This document shows, piece after piece, positions 1 to 8,489 of a DNA stretch of 38,164 bases. The stretch covers positions 1 through 38,164 of the forward strand of contig JANNUB010000585.1 in the NCBI GenBank assembly GCA_031394795.1, written 5' to 3'. The notes under the pieces were generated by a model that was given only the letters and a program-made list of their open reading frames with translations, was not told where the DNA came from and searched no databases. The DNA is from Ignavibacteriota bacterium. GTDB taxonomy: Bacteria > Bacteroidota > Ignavibacteria > UBA10030 > UBA6906. Each line of letters opens with the position of its first letter. Position 1 is the first letter of the stretch. Made by a program: the position numbers and the translations under genes.

Positions 1-383
1 AGAGAATGAAGTTCATCCGGAGAAATCGTCCCGACGGTTCGCAGCGCGGCAGGATTGTCGTGCTCATGATTGAAGAATCTCACTTTCGCGTATGTCGTGC
101 GGGACTCCTCTTCCGTTATTCCGACATGACGAAGGATGTGCTTGCGAGGCATCGGGTGGTGCGTGCCGGTAGCAATCAAATAGTCCAGCGCTTCGACTTG
201 CTTGCCGATGAGATCGAAGAGGATACGAAAGAAAAGATCAATCGGCGCGTGGCGCGTGCGATCGGGAATCAGCACGAGCACGCGCTTGTGGTGGAGCGGA
301 ATTTGCGCAATCGCTTCCGCGCAGATGTTTTTGATTTCCTGCGCGGAGAGCGCGCCGCTCAATGCTTCTCTTCCTATCAGCAT
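1..383 (-). CDS. LarA/DUF2088-family (lactate racemase-like) protein, 3' end beyond the window; candidate mannonate/gluconate 2-epimerase
   Basis: Not in the ORF track. My translation from the ATG at 383 is MLIGREALSGALSAQEIKNICAEAIAQIPLHHKRVLVLIPDRTRHAPIDLFF...YLIATGTHHPM...RFFNHEHDNP, open to the window edge. It has the LarA-type D-x-T-R, A-x-G-T-H and NH motifs and starts 5 nt after the gnd stop. Confidence 0.8.
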   Translation of the reverse strand, partial: MLIGREALSGALSAQEIKNICAEAIAQIPLHHKRVLVLIPDRTRHAPIDLFFRILFDLIGKQVEALDYLIATGTHHPMPRKHILRHVGITEEESRTTYAKVRFFNHEHDNPAALRTVGTISPDELHS

Positions 384-388
384 GTTTG

Positions 389-1840
389 CTACACTTTATA
401 TGTTGACGACGCTGTTGCCCCGCCCCGCCCCGTCCAGTTCGTGTGAAAGAATTCTCCACGCGGCGCGTCGGTCCGCTCATACTGATGCGTGCCGAAATAA
501 TCGCGTTGCGCCTGCAAAAGATTCGCGGAGACGCGTCCGTTGCGAAGCCCGTCATAAAAGGCGAGCGCAGTCGCATGCGCAGGTATCCAGGCGCCGTTCA
601 TCGCGGCTGTTGCAACAACTCTGCGCCACGCGTCCTGCGACGCCGCCATCTTCTCTTGGAAAAATGGATCGAAGAGAAGGTTTGACAACGAGGGATTACT
701 ATCAAACGCGTCTTTGATTTTGCCGAGAAACGCCGAGCGGATGATGCATCCACCGCGCCAGAGCAGCGCGATGCCGCCGTAATTTAAATTCCAATTGTAC
801 TCTTTCGCCGCTTCCGCCATGAGCATGTAGCCTTGCGCGTACGAAATGAGTTTCGACGCATAAAGCGCTTTCTCCAAATCATCAAGGAAGCCTTTCTTGT
901 CGCCGACGAATTTCGCTGTCGGTCCGGCAAGAATGCCCGATGCTTTCACGCGTTCATCCTTCATCGCCGAAAGGCATCTGCCGAACACTGCTTCGCCAAT
1001 CAACGTGAGCGGAATGCCGAGGTCGAGAGCGACAACGCTTGTCCATTTGCCCGTTCCTTTTTGTCCGGCGGTATCGAGAATTTTGTCCACGAGCGCCGAG
1101 CCGTCAGTATCTTTGTACGCGAGAATATCGCGCGTGATTTCGATCAGGTAACTGTCAAGCTCGCCTTGATTCCAGCGCTTGAACACTTCGTGCATTTCAC
1201 CGGCAGACATACCGAGCAGGTCTTTCATCATCTGATATGATTCGCAAATCAACTGCATGTCGCCATACTCAATACCGTTGTGGACCATCTTCACAAAATG
1301 TCCCGCGCCGTCGCTGCCGACCCAATCGCAGCACGGCGTGCCATCGTCAACTTTTGCCGCAATGGATTGAAAGATTGACTTCACATGTTGCCACGCCGCG
1401 AGCGAACCGCCGGGCATGATGGATGGACCTGTCAATGCGCCCTCCTCGCCGCCCGAAACGCCCGTGCCGATATAGAGAAGTCCTTTGCTCTCTACGTACT
1501 TCGTGCGGCGAATCGTGTCGGGGAAATGACTGTTGCCGCCATCAATGAGAATGTCGCCCGCTTGCAAATGCGGCAGAAGAAGTTCGATAAATTCATCCAC
1601 CGGTTTGCCCGCCTTCACCATCAACATCACGCGTCGCGGCGTTTTGAGGCTCTGCACAAATTCCTGAATCGAGCGCGCGCCCACGAGATTTTTTCCTTTG
1701 CCGCGACCGGCGATGAAGTTGTCCACCTTGTCAACTGTTCGATTATAGACAGCGACGGTGAAGCCGCGGCTCTCCATATTGAGCACGAGATTTTCTCCCA
1801 TCACCGCAAGTCCTATGAGTCCGATGTCAGCTTTGTTCAT
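389..1840 (-). CDS. gnd: 6-phosphogluconate dehydrogenase (decarboxylating, NADP-dependent)
   Basis: GLIGLAVMGENL, YNRT, GVSGGEEGA, KMVHNGIEYGDMQ, GQKGTGKW and QAQRDYFG motifs; 483 aa. Confidence 0.97.
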   Translation of the reverse strand: MNKADIGLIGLAVMGENLVLNMESRGFTVAVYNRTVDKVDNFIAGRGKGKNLVGARSIQEFVQSLKTPRRVMLMVKAGKPVDEFIELLLPHLQAGDILIDGGNSHFPDTIRRTKYVESKGLLYIGTGVSGGEEGALTGPSIMPGGSLAAWQHVKSIFQSIAAKVDDGTPCCDWVGSDGAGHFVKMVHNGIEYGDMQLICESYQMMKDLLGMSAGEMHEVFKRWNQGELDSYLIEITRDILAYKDTDGSALVDKILDTAGQKGTGKWTSVVALDLGIPLTLIGEAVFGRCLSAMKDERVKASGILAGPTAKFVGDKKGFLDDLEKALYASKLISYAQGYMLMAEAAKEYNWNLNYGGIALLWRGGCIIRSAFLGKIKDAFDSNPSLSNLLFDPFFQEKMAASQDAWRRVVATAAMNGAWIPAHATALAFYDGLRNGRVSANLLQAQRDYFGTHQYERTDAPRGEFFHTNWTGRGGATASSTYKV

Positions 1841-1899
1841 TCATTTCATCCTTTTTATTTTTGTCATTCGAGTTTGCAATTGATTTCGTGAATCTCCAC

Positions 1900-2745
1900 C
1901 TACACTCCGCTGTTCGCGGAAAATCCTCCATCAACAGGAACGACGATTCCGGTCACGAACTTTGACATCGGCGACAGAAGCCAGAGCGCCGCGCCGAGCA
2001 AATCTTCCGGCGCGCCGAACCGCGCCATCGGCGTGTGGTCAATGATTTTTTTGCCGCGTTCCGTCAACGCCCCGGTTGCCTCATCCATCAGTAAGAATCT
2101 GTTTTGCTTCGTAAGAAAAAATCCCGGCGCAATTGCATTTACGCGAATGTTCGGCGAGTACTCTTGCGCCATGTGTACGGCGAGCCACTGTGTAAAACTA
2201 TTGACCGCTGCTTTTGCCGACGAGTATGCAACAACCCTCGTGAGCGGACGCTCCGCCGCCATCGAGGAGACATTCAGAATCACTCCTTGCTTCGTTTCCG
2301 CCATATGCTTCGCGACGATTTGAGATGGAATAATCGTGCCCAGCAAATTCAAATCGAATACCATCTTGAGCGCGTCGGGTGGAAGGTCGAAGAACTTCGT
2401 TGCCGGGTTTGTTGTCGCCTTGGGATTGTTGCCGCCTGCCGCGTTCACCAAGCAATCTATCCGGTTTGTCTCCGCGAGAATCTGTTTCACGGCTCTTTCA
2501 ACCATCTCCGGTTTCAAAACATCGGCTTCGAGAATGTTCAATCGCTCGCCCGACACGCCGAGTTCCATCAGCTCTCTCGTTGATTTCGCCGCGTCGCGCT
2601 GAATGACATAGACACTCGCATTACAGCCAAGCAATGCACGCGTAATTTCCGCGCCGAGAATACCTGCCCCGCCCGTAATCACCACCGTTCGTCCGGCAAA
2701 ATCGAATTGCGTTTTCAGTTTTTCGAGATTCACAATTGTTCTCAC
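1900..2745 (-). CDS. uxuB: SDR oxidoreductase, D-mannonate oxidoreductase (fructuronate reductase) type
   Basis: TGGAGILG, NAAGGN, YSSAK, AIAPGFF and VDGGF motifs; context of uxaC/uxaE/exuT. Confidence 0.8.
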   Translation of the reverse strand: MRTIVNLEKLKTQFDFAGRTVVITGGAGILGAEITRALLGCNASVYVIQRDAAKSTRELMELGVSGERLNILEADVLKPEMVERAVKQILAETNRIDCLVNAAGGNNPKATTNPATKFFDLPPDALKMVFDLNLLGTIIPSQIVAKHMAETKQGVILNVSSMAAERPLTRVVAYSSAKAAVNSFTQWLAVHMAQEYSPNIRVNAIAPGFFLTKQNRFLLMDEATGALTERGKKIIDHTPMARFGAPEDLLGAALWLLSPMSKFVTGIVVPVDGGFSANSGV

Positions 2746-2751
2746 TTTTAT

Positions 2752-4119
2752 CTATACGGTTGCAGCCTCATCCACCGGAGCCGGTTCAAGCTTCGGCGCG
2801 AGGATGTGAATTACCAATAACGCGATCAGATATGCCGAGCCTGCCATGATGAAAATCGGAACATAACTTCCGGTCTTCTGCAAAATTGCTCCGACGACAA
2901 GTGCGATCACCATTCCGCCCACCGCGCCAGCCATTCCGCCAATACCAACGACGGAGCCAACGGCGCGGCGCGGAAACATGTCGGACGCCGTCGTAAACAG
3001 ATTCGCCGACCATCCTTGATGCGCCGCAGCTGCGAGCGAGACAAGACCGACGGCAACCCAAAGATTAGAAACGTTTGCCGCAAACACAATCGGCACGACC
3101 GCGAGCGCGCAGACAAGCATCGCTGTTTTGCGCGCACGGTTGGACGTCCATCCCTTCTTGATCAAACTCGAAGAGAGCCATCCGCCGCCGATACTCCCAA
3201 CGTCGGCAACAAGATAAATGACGACCAACGGCAGACCAATGGACTTTAAGTCAAGCCCATGATTGCGATGCAAGAAATCCGGAATCCAAAATAAATACAA
3301 CCACCAAATCGGATCGGTCATGAACTTGCCGATTGCAAACGCCCACGTTTGGCGATGTGGAAGAAGGTTGCCCCATTTGATCGGCGCAATGTTTTCGGGG
3401 GGATCACTTCGAATGTAGTCAAGCTCCGCCTTGCTGAGTCGTGGATGTGATTCCGGAGAACGATACATGAAAAACCAAAACAGAACCCACACAGCTCCCG
3501 TCATCCCCGTCGCAATGAACGCGCCCTGCCAACCCCAATGACTTGCAATCCACGGCACCATCAACGGCGTCGCGAGCGCGCCAACATTCGTTCCTGAATT
3601 GAAGATGCCGGTTGCGAGAGCGCGTTCTTTTTTCGGAAACCATTCGGCGACTGTTTTGATAGACGCGGGAAAATTTCCCGCCTCGCCGATGCCAAGCAAG
3701 AAGCGGGCGAATGCAAACCCCGCCGCCGCGCCGCCCAACATGATAACTGATGGAGGATTGATGAGCACTGTTGGCAAACTTAACCAGGGAAACAAATCCG
3801 CCGCTGCATGACCGATGGCGGCGATACTCCAAATCACGACTGCGAGAGTGAAGCCAAGTCGCGTACCTAACCTGTCCATCACGCGCCCAGCAATGAGCAT
3901 ACCGATCGCATAGGCAAGTTGAAAACTAAACACAATCGCCGCGTAGTCCGTCTCGCTCATCTTGAACTCCCCTTGCAGCGTGGTCTTCAGCAAACCGATG
4001 ACCTGGCGGTCAATGTAGTTCACCGTTGCCGCGAAAAAGAGGAGCGCGCAAATAACCCACCGATAATATCCAACGGACGTCTTGACTTCACTGGTTGAGT
4101 TGATATTTTCTGTCCGCAT
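2752..4119 (-). CDS. exuT: MFS hexuronate transporter (ExuT-like)
   Basis: RW...LLFFAATVNYIDRQ, GEAGNFPA, EWFPKKERALATGIFNSG and DPIWWLYLFW motifs; about 12 hydrophobic segments. Confidence 0.88.
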   Translation of the reverse strand: MRTENINSTSEVKTSVGYYRWVICALLFFAATVNYIDRQVIGLLKTTLQGEFKMSETDYAAIVFSFQLAYAIGMLIAGRVMDRLGTRLGFTLAVVIWSIAAIGHAAADLFPWLSLPTVLINPPSVIMLGGAAAGFAFARFLLGIGEAGNFPASIKTVAEWFPKKERALATGIFNSGTNVGALATPLMVPWIASHWGWQGAFIATGMTGAVWVLFWFFMYRSPESHPRLSKAELDYIRSDPPENIAPIKWGNLLPHRQTWAFAIGKFMTDPIWWLYLFWIPDFLHRNHGLDLKSIGLPLVVIYLVADVGSIGGGWLSSSLIKKGWTSNRARKTAMLVCALAVVPIVFAANVSNLWVAVGLVSLAAAAHQGWSANLFTTASDMFPRRAVGSVVGIGGMAGAVGGMVIALVVGAILQKTGSYVPIFIMAGSAYLIALLVIHILAPKLEPAPVDEAATV

Positions 4120-4167
4120 CGTTTCTCTGAATTATGAATTGATGATAAATGAATGTGAGTTGTTCAG

Positions 4168-5472
4168 TTATCCGACGTCGGCACGAACGTCTTTCCTCGC
4201 GTCGCTTGCCTCGCCGTTTGCCGCTTGTCCGAGGAACAGCGGTCGAATGTGTCGCTCGAAGATGTTTGTTGTAACATTCGATTCAATTGTGCTTCGGCAT
4301 TCCTGCAACATGCCGCTATAGCGAGAGCCCATTTCTGCTGCGACTCTAAACGAGACGTGTACGAACTGTCGGAAATGTATGTTGTAGTTCTTGCATGATT
4401 GATCGTGCCGAAGGGCTTCAACGTACTCCTTCGAGCTCCACCCTTCAACTTCACTTGGTTCCGGAAGTCTTTTCCTGTCGATATCGATAACAGGAAGATA
4501 GGGCTTGCACATTTCCTCGTACCGTTTGAATGCTTCGGCATAAATGTTTTTCGCAAGCTTCAATGCCTCACCACCGGCAGCGGCAAGTCCGATAACTTCT
4601 TCGAGCCAAGTCGTTCCAGCGGTTTTCAGGTGAAGTCCTGCGTCAAACTTCTTGATGGCGCTATACATAATCGGGTAGAGAGAAAACTTGTCGCTCCCCG
4701 AATGAACGCTGAGCTTCAAGTTGCCTGGCAGATTGCACGTTGAGACGGCGAACGCAATCACCGCAATATCGTCTTCGAACTCACGCGCAAACCGATTGAT
4801 GTCGCCGACGTAATCAATCCCCTTAAAGAATGCGCCGGTAAATTTCGGCGCGATGGTTTGAATCGGGATACCTTCACGAGCAATCGCGGCAAGAATAAAG
4901 AACAACTCCGCCGGCGTCTGCGGGCGCTCCGCTTCGTCGAACGAAACTTCCGGAACGAAGGTGGCGCGCCCTTTTCGCAGCGCGATGCGGCGATACACTT
5001 TGCCCGCTTCTTCGACTGCGAACAAATATTTCCGCGCAACGTCCGTCAGAAGCGCGTTCGTAACCTGTATCGGCGTCGGCACTTGCAGTATCCTCAACTC
5101 GCCGAGGAATCTCGACATGTCTTTGACAAATCGCTCCGCGGATTCTTCGCGTGCAGGCTTGCCGATGTAGTCCGCGACATCTATCGTATAGAAGTCACTG
5201 GAAGCGATGAACTTGTCCACTGTCGCAAGGCCGATATGGTCAGCGTCAACATAGTGCGAGCGTTTCCAGCCGCATGCCTTTACAGCATTGTCGGCTTCAA
5301 CACGCACGTCGTTCGGCGATGTGCCGACGATTGTGTGTTCGCGATTCGATTTGTTCCAGACAGGAACAATCTGCGCTCCGAGCGCTTCCGCCTTCTGTAA
5401 CGCTCGCAATTGGGCAGCCCCTTCGAGACTGAAGCGGTCGCCGATGCCAATGGAATATTTTTCGAGTGTCAT
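4168..5472 (-). CDS. uxaE: Tagaturonate/fructuronate epimerase (UxaE family)
   Basis: SIGIGDRF, DADH, EVSFDE, APKF, KGIDY, KLSVHSGSDKF and HLKTAGTTWLE motifs. I moved the start to MTLEKY (ATG at 5472) because the longer ORF overlaps uxaC and a repeat. Confidence 0.88.
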   Translation of the reverse strand: MTLEKYSIGIGDRFSLEGAAQLRALQKAEALGAQIVPVWNKSNREHTIVGTSPNDVRVEADNAVKACGWKRSHYVDADHIGLATVDKFIASSDFYTIDVADYIGKPAREESAERFVKDMSRFLGELRILQVPTPIQVTNALLTDVARKYLFAVEEAGKVYRRIALRKGRATFVPEVSFDEAERPQTPAELFFILAAIAREGIPIQTIAPKFTGAFFKGIDYVGDINRFAREFEDDIAVIAFAVSTCNLPGNLKLSVHSGSDKFSLYPIMYSAIKKFDAGLHLKTAGTTWLEEVIGLAAAGGEALKLAKNIYAEAFKRYEEMCKPYLPVIDIDRKRLPEPSEVEGWSSKEYVEALRHDQSCKNYNIHFRQFVHVSFRVAAEMGSRYSGMLQECRSTIESNVTTNIFERHIRPLFLGQAANGEASDARKDVRADVG

Positions 5473-5553
5473 GGTGTTTTCCCATTCGGTCTTCGTGTGT
5501 GTTTTGGAATTCATTACCCTCTTCGTGAGTCGTGAATTCTTTTCGTCACCGCT

Positions 5554-5608
5554 GACGAGTCGGTCTACGACCTCCCTACGGGATCGTAGATCGTAGAGGA
5601 GACTCGTC
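5554..5608. repeat. GTAG-type REP-like palindrome overlapping the uxaC 3' end
   Basis: GACGAGTC...GACTCGTC outer inverted repeat with inner TCTACGA/TCGTAGA arms; closely resembles the sequence at 19972-20015. Confidence 0.6.
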
Positions 5609-7048
5609 CAACGATCTTCGTTGCGCAGAACCCGACACTTCATCGAACTTGAAGTATCGCTTCGCGTTGAAGTAACAAATGTCTTTCACGATTCCTCCGA
5701 CGAGTGGCATGTCATTGGGAATCAATCCTCTCTCAATTTCTTTCCCAAGAATGTTGCACAGGAGACGCCGGAAGTATTCATGGCGAGGATACGAAAGAAA
5801 ACTTCGCGAATCAGTGAGCATGCCGATAAACTGACTAAGCAGTCCCATATTCGAAAGAGCTTCGATCTGTTTAGTCATGCCGTCCATCTGATCGAGAAAC
5901 CACCATGCCGAGCCGTATTGAAGTTTTCCGGCTGCAGATCCATCTTGGAAGTTCCCAATCATTGTCGCGACAACTTCATTGTCGCGCGGATTAACATTGT
6001 AGAGAATCGTCCTGGCAAGTTTGTTTCCATCATCAAGTTTGTTGAGAAACTTCGCGAGAGGGCGAGCGATGTCGAAATCTCCCATCGAATCGAATCCCGT
6101 GTCGGGTCCGAGCGTACGCATCATGCGCGTGTTGTTGTTGCGAAGCGCGCCGATATGGAATTGCTGCACCCAGCCTTTTTCCCAATCCATTTCGGCGGTC
6201 TCGTGCAACACGGCAGATTTGAATTTGAGAATTTCCTCGTGCGTCAACGGCTGCGCTTCGAGCAGCTTTTCAAACGTCGTTTGGATTTCTTTGTCGCAGT
6301 AGTCCTCCGCATACATCGTTTCCAAGCCATGATCCGAAAGCCGGCAGCCGTTGTCGTGAAAGTAGTCGTGTCGTTGCTTCAACGCTTGAATGAAGCCTTG
6401 AAACGTGCGCACCTCAACATCGGATGCTTCAGCAAGCGCTTTGACGTAATCGAGAAACGCGCCTGGGTTCTCAACCGCCATCGTTCTGTCGGGACGAAAT
6501 GCCGGCAGCACTTTCGCCGAGACACTCCGATCGGCTTCAATGAGTTTGTGGAAATCCAAATCGTCAATCGGATCGTCTGTTGTGCAAACGACTTCGACGT
6601 TCATCTGCTTCAATATTCCGCGTGCCGTGAACTCCGGCGTCGCGAGTTTCGCGTTGCACTCATCCCAAATGCGTTTCGCTGTTGAGGGATTGAGCAAGCG
6701 ATCCGTTATGCCGAACGGTCGCGCTAATTCCAAATGCGTCCAATGATACAGCGGGTTTCGTAAAGTTTTTGGAACCGTCTCCGCCCACTTCTCGAACTTT
6801 TCCCAGTCGGAAGCGATCCCCGTTATGAAACGCTCATCAACGCCGCACGCCCGCATCGCGCGCCATTTGTAATGATCGCCCGCGAGCCAGATCTCGGTGA
6901 GATTGTTGAAACGGCGGTTCTCTGCAATGTCTTTCGGAGAGAGATGGCAGTGATAGTCAATGATCGGAAGGAACTCTCCGTACGCATGATAGAGTTCTCT
7001 CGCTGGACTATTCTCTAACAGAAAATCTTCATGGATGAATGTTCTCAC
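5576..7048 (-). CDS. uxaC: Glucuronate/uronate isomerase
   Basis: PIIDYHCHL, DHYKWRAMR, NPLYHWTHLEL, CTTDDP, GPDTGFDS, GSAWWF and TDSRSFLSYPRHEYFRR motifs. Confidence 0.96.
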   Translation of the reverse strand: MRTFIHEDFLLENSPARELYHAYGEFLPIIDYHCHLSPKDIAENRRFNNLTEIWLAGDHYKWRAMRACGVDERFITGIASDWEKFEKWAETVPKTLRNPLYHWTHLELARPFGITDRLLNPSTAKRIWDECNAKLATPEFTARGILKQMNVEVVCTTDDPIDDLDFHKLIEADRSVSAKVLPAFRPDRTMAVENPGAFLDYVKALAEASDVEVRTFQGFIQALKQRHDYFHDNGCRLSDHGLETMYAEDYCDKEIQTTFEKLLEAQPLTHEEILKFKSAVLHETAEMDWEKGWVQQFHIGALRNNNTRMMRTLGPDTGFDSMGDFDIARPLAKFLNKLDDGNKLARTILYNVNPRDNEVVATMIGNFQDGSAAGKLQYGSAWWFLDQMDGMTKQIEALSNMGLLSQFIGMLTDSRSFLSYPRHEYFRRLLCNILGKEIERGLIPNDMPLVGGIVKDICYFNAKRYFKFDEVSGSAQRRSLDESPLRSTIP

Positions 7049-7062
7049 GGTGCCCTACTTTT

Positions 7063-8139
7063 CTATGATCGAAGAAGATGAGACCGAACATTTCGTGACG
7101 GCACGATGGCTTTTTGCAATGTGCACGTCTCCCGAATCAGAAGGTCCGTGGGTAAGACAATGTGCTGGTTGCGCAGAGTTTCAGGGTCCGAGAGGTTTTT
7201 TAACAAGAGCCCGGCTGCCACTGAGCCGAGCTGGTATGATGGCTGCGAGACACAACTCAACGCGGGGGAAATCACATCGCTTACGTCGCTGTCGCCGAAG
7301 CTGATGAGATCAATATCCTCGGGAATGCGGAGTCCCAGCTTTTTCGCTGCGCTGTACACGCCGAGCGCGATCGGATACGTCATCGCAAAGACAAACTCAG
7401 GTAACCGTCGGAGAGAATGCAATCGCATGATGTTGTCATACCCGACGTTCTGCCCGTATCCTCCCTCGGCGATCCAATGCGGCTGAACGGGCACGCGGTG
7501 CTTTTTCATTGCGCTCTTGAACCCGCGCAAACGATTTCGCCCGATGTTTGTGTTCGTCGTTCCGCCGAAGCACGCGATCTTTCGGTAGCCGATGCTGATC
7601 GCATGCTCAACCGCTCTGAACGCCCCTCCCTCATCATCAACGAGCACGCTGCCGAATCCTGCCGGTAGAGGGTTTGGGCAACGGTCAATGAAGATCAGCG
7701 GGACGCCTAACTTTTTTATCCAGCCGAACACTTCGAGATCGCGCGTCGTTTCCGAAATGGAGATGAGGATGCCGTCGACGCGCATCGAGACCAATGTTTG
7801 GAGATGCTTGCGCTCGCGTTCGTCGTTTTCCTGGGAGACGGTGAGAATCGTTTCGTAATCATTGTCGAACGCTGTGTTATACACCCCTTCGATGACCGAG
7901 CCGAAAAAGGCATGCGCGACTTTCGGAATCACCAGTCCAATCATCTGCGAACGGCGCGAAGAAAGATTCCGCGCGAGAAGATTCGGGGTATAACCGAAAT
8001 CCTTTGCCGTTTTGCGAACAAGCTTCGTCGTTTCGGTCGAAATGTCGGGATGATCCCGCAGCGCTTTCGAAACAGTCACGCGAGAGACATTCAGCTGCTT
8101 GGCAATATCCTCCAACGTTACGCGTGAGTTACGTTTCAC
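7063..8139 (-). CDS. LacI-family transcriptional regulator
   Basis: N-terminal helix-turn-helix VTLEDIAKQLNVSRVTVSKAL, YTPNLLARNL hinge, IPEDIDLISFGD and LLIRET. Confidence 0.94.
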   Translation of the reverse strand: MKRNSRVTLEDIAKQLNVSRVTVSKALRDHPDISTETTKLVRKTAKDFGYTPNLLARNLSSRRSQMIGLVIPKVAHAFFGSVIEGVYNTAFDNDYETILTVSQENDERERKHLQTLVSMRVDGILISISETTRDLEVFGWIKKLGVPLIFIDRCPNPLPAGFGSVLVDDEGGAFRAVEHAISIGYRKIACFGGTTNTNIGRNRLRGFKSAMKKHRVPVQPHWIAEGGYGQNVGYDNIMRLHSLRRLPEFVFAMTYPIALGVYSAAKKLGLRIPEDIDLISFGDSDVSDVISPALSCVSQPSYQLGSVAAGLLLKNLSDPETLRNQHIVLPTDLLIRETCTLQKAIVPSRNVRSHLLRS

Positions 8140-8185
8140 TCGAATCCTCGCTCGATTACTTTATTAGTAACTTAATCGGTAACTG

Positions 8186-8214
8186 AGAATACGAAATTTC
8201 CAGGAACATGTCAA
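8186..8214 (-). promoter_or_regulatory. Sigma70-type promoter for the lacI-uxa operon
   Basis: On the minus strand TTGACA (8214-8209), a 17-nt spacer and TATTCT (8191-8186), about 47 nt upstream of the lacI start. GTAAC/TTACT motifs at 8155-8184 could be an operator (weak). Confidence 0.7.
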
Positions 8215-8489
8215 TACACGACAGACCGAATCTTGATACGATCGAACGAAAGTCACCCTCCTCATATGCAGTCGGGATGTAATCCATGTTCAGAGATGCT
8301 TTTTCTCAGAGATTTTCGGGAAGGGGTTTTGTGAAAAAACGTCTTCAAAACAAGAAGCGGCATGGAGAAGAGTTGATAACTATGGAGGCCATGCAGCACC
8401 AAATCCTTGTTTTGTAAGGGAGGCTCTGAAGCGACGCACTTTTTCCGTAGAAGAAGCCCGAGTTCGACACTTCGACACACGTTTTTTCA

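Noticed and set aside
6-717. Plus-strand ORFs 6..446 and 202..717
   Set aside because: They are antisense shadows of the LarA-like gene and gnd and have no recognisable motifs.
4128-4162. Degenerate TGAATT(A/G)-like short repeats between uxaE and exuT
   Set aside because: Too short and degenerate to assign a function.
5473-5643. N-terminal extension of the uxaE ORF
   Set aside because: It overlaps uxaC and a palindromic repeat; family similarity begins at MTLEKY.
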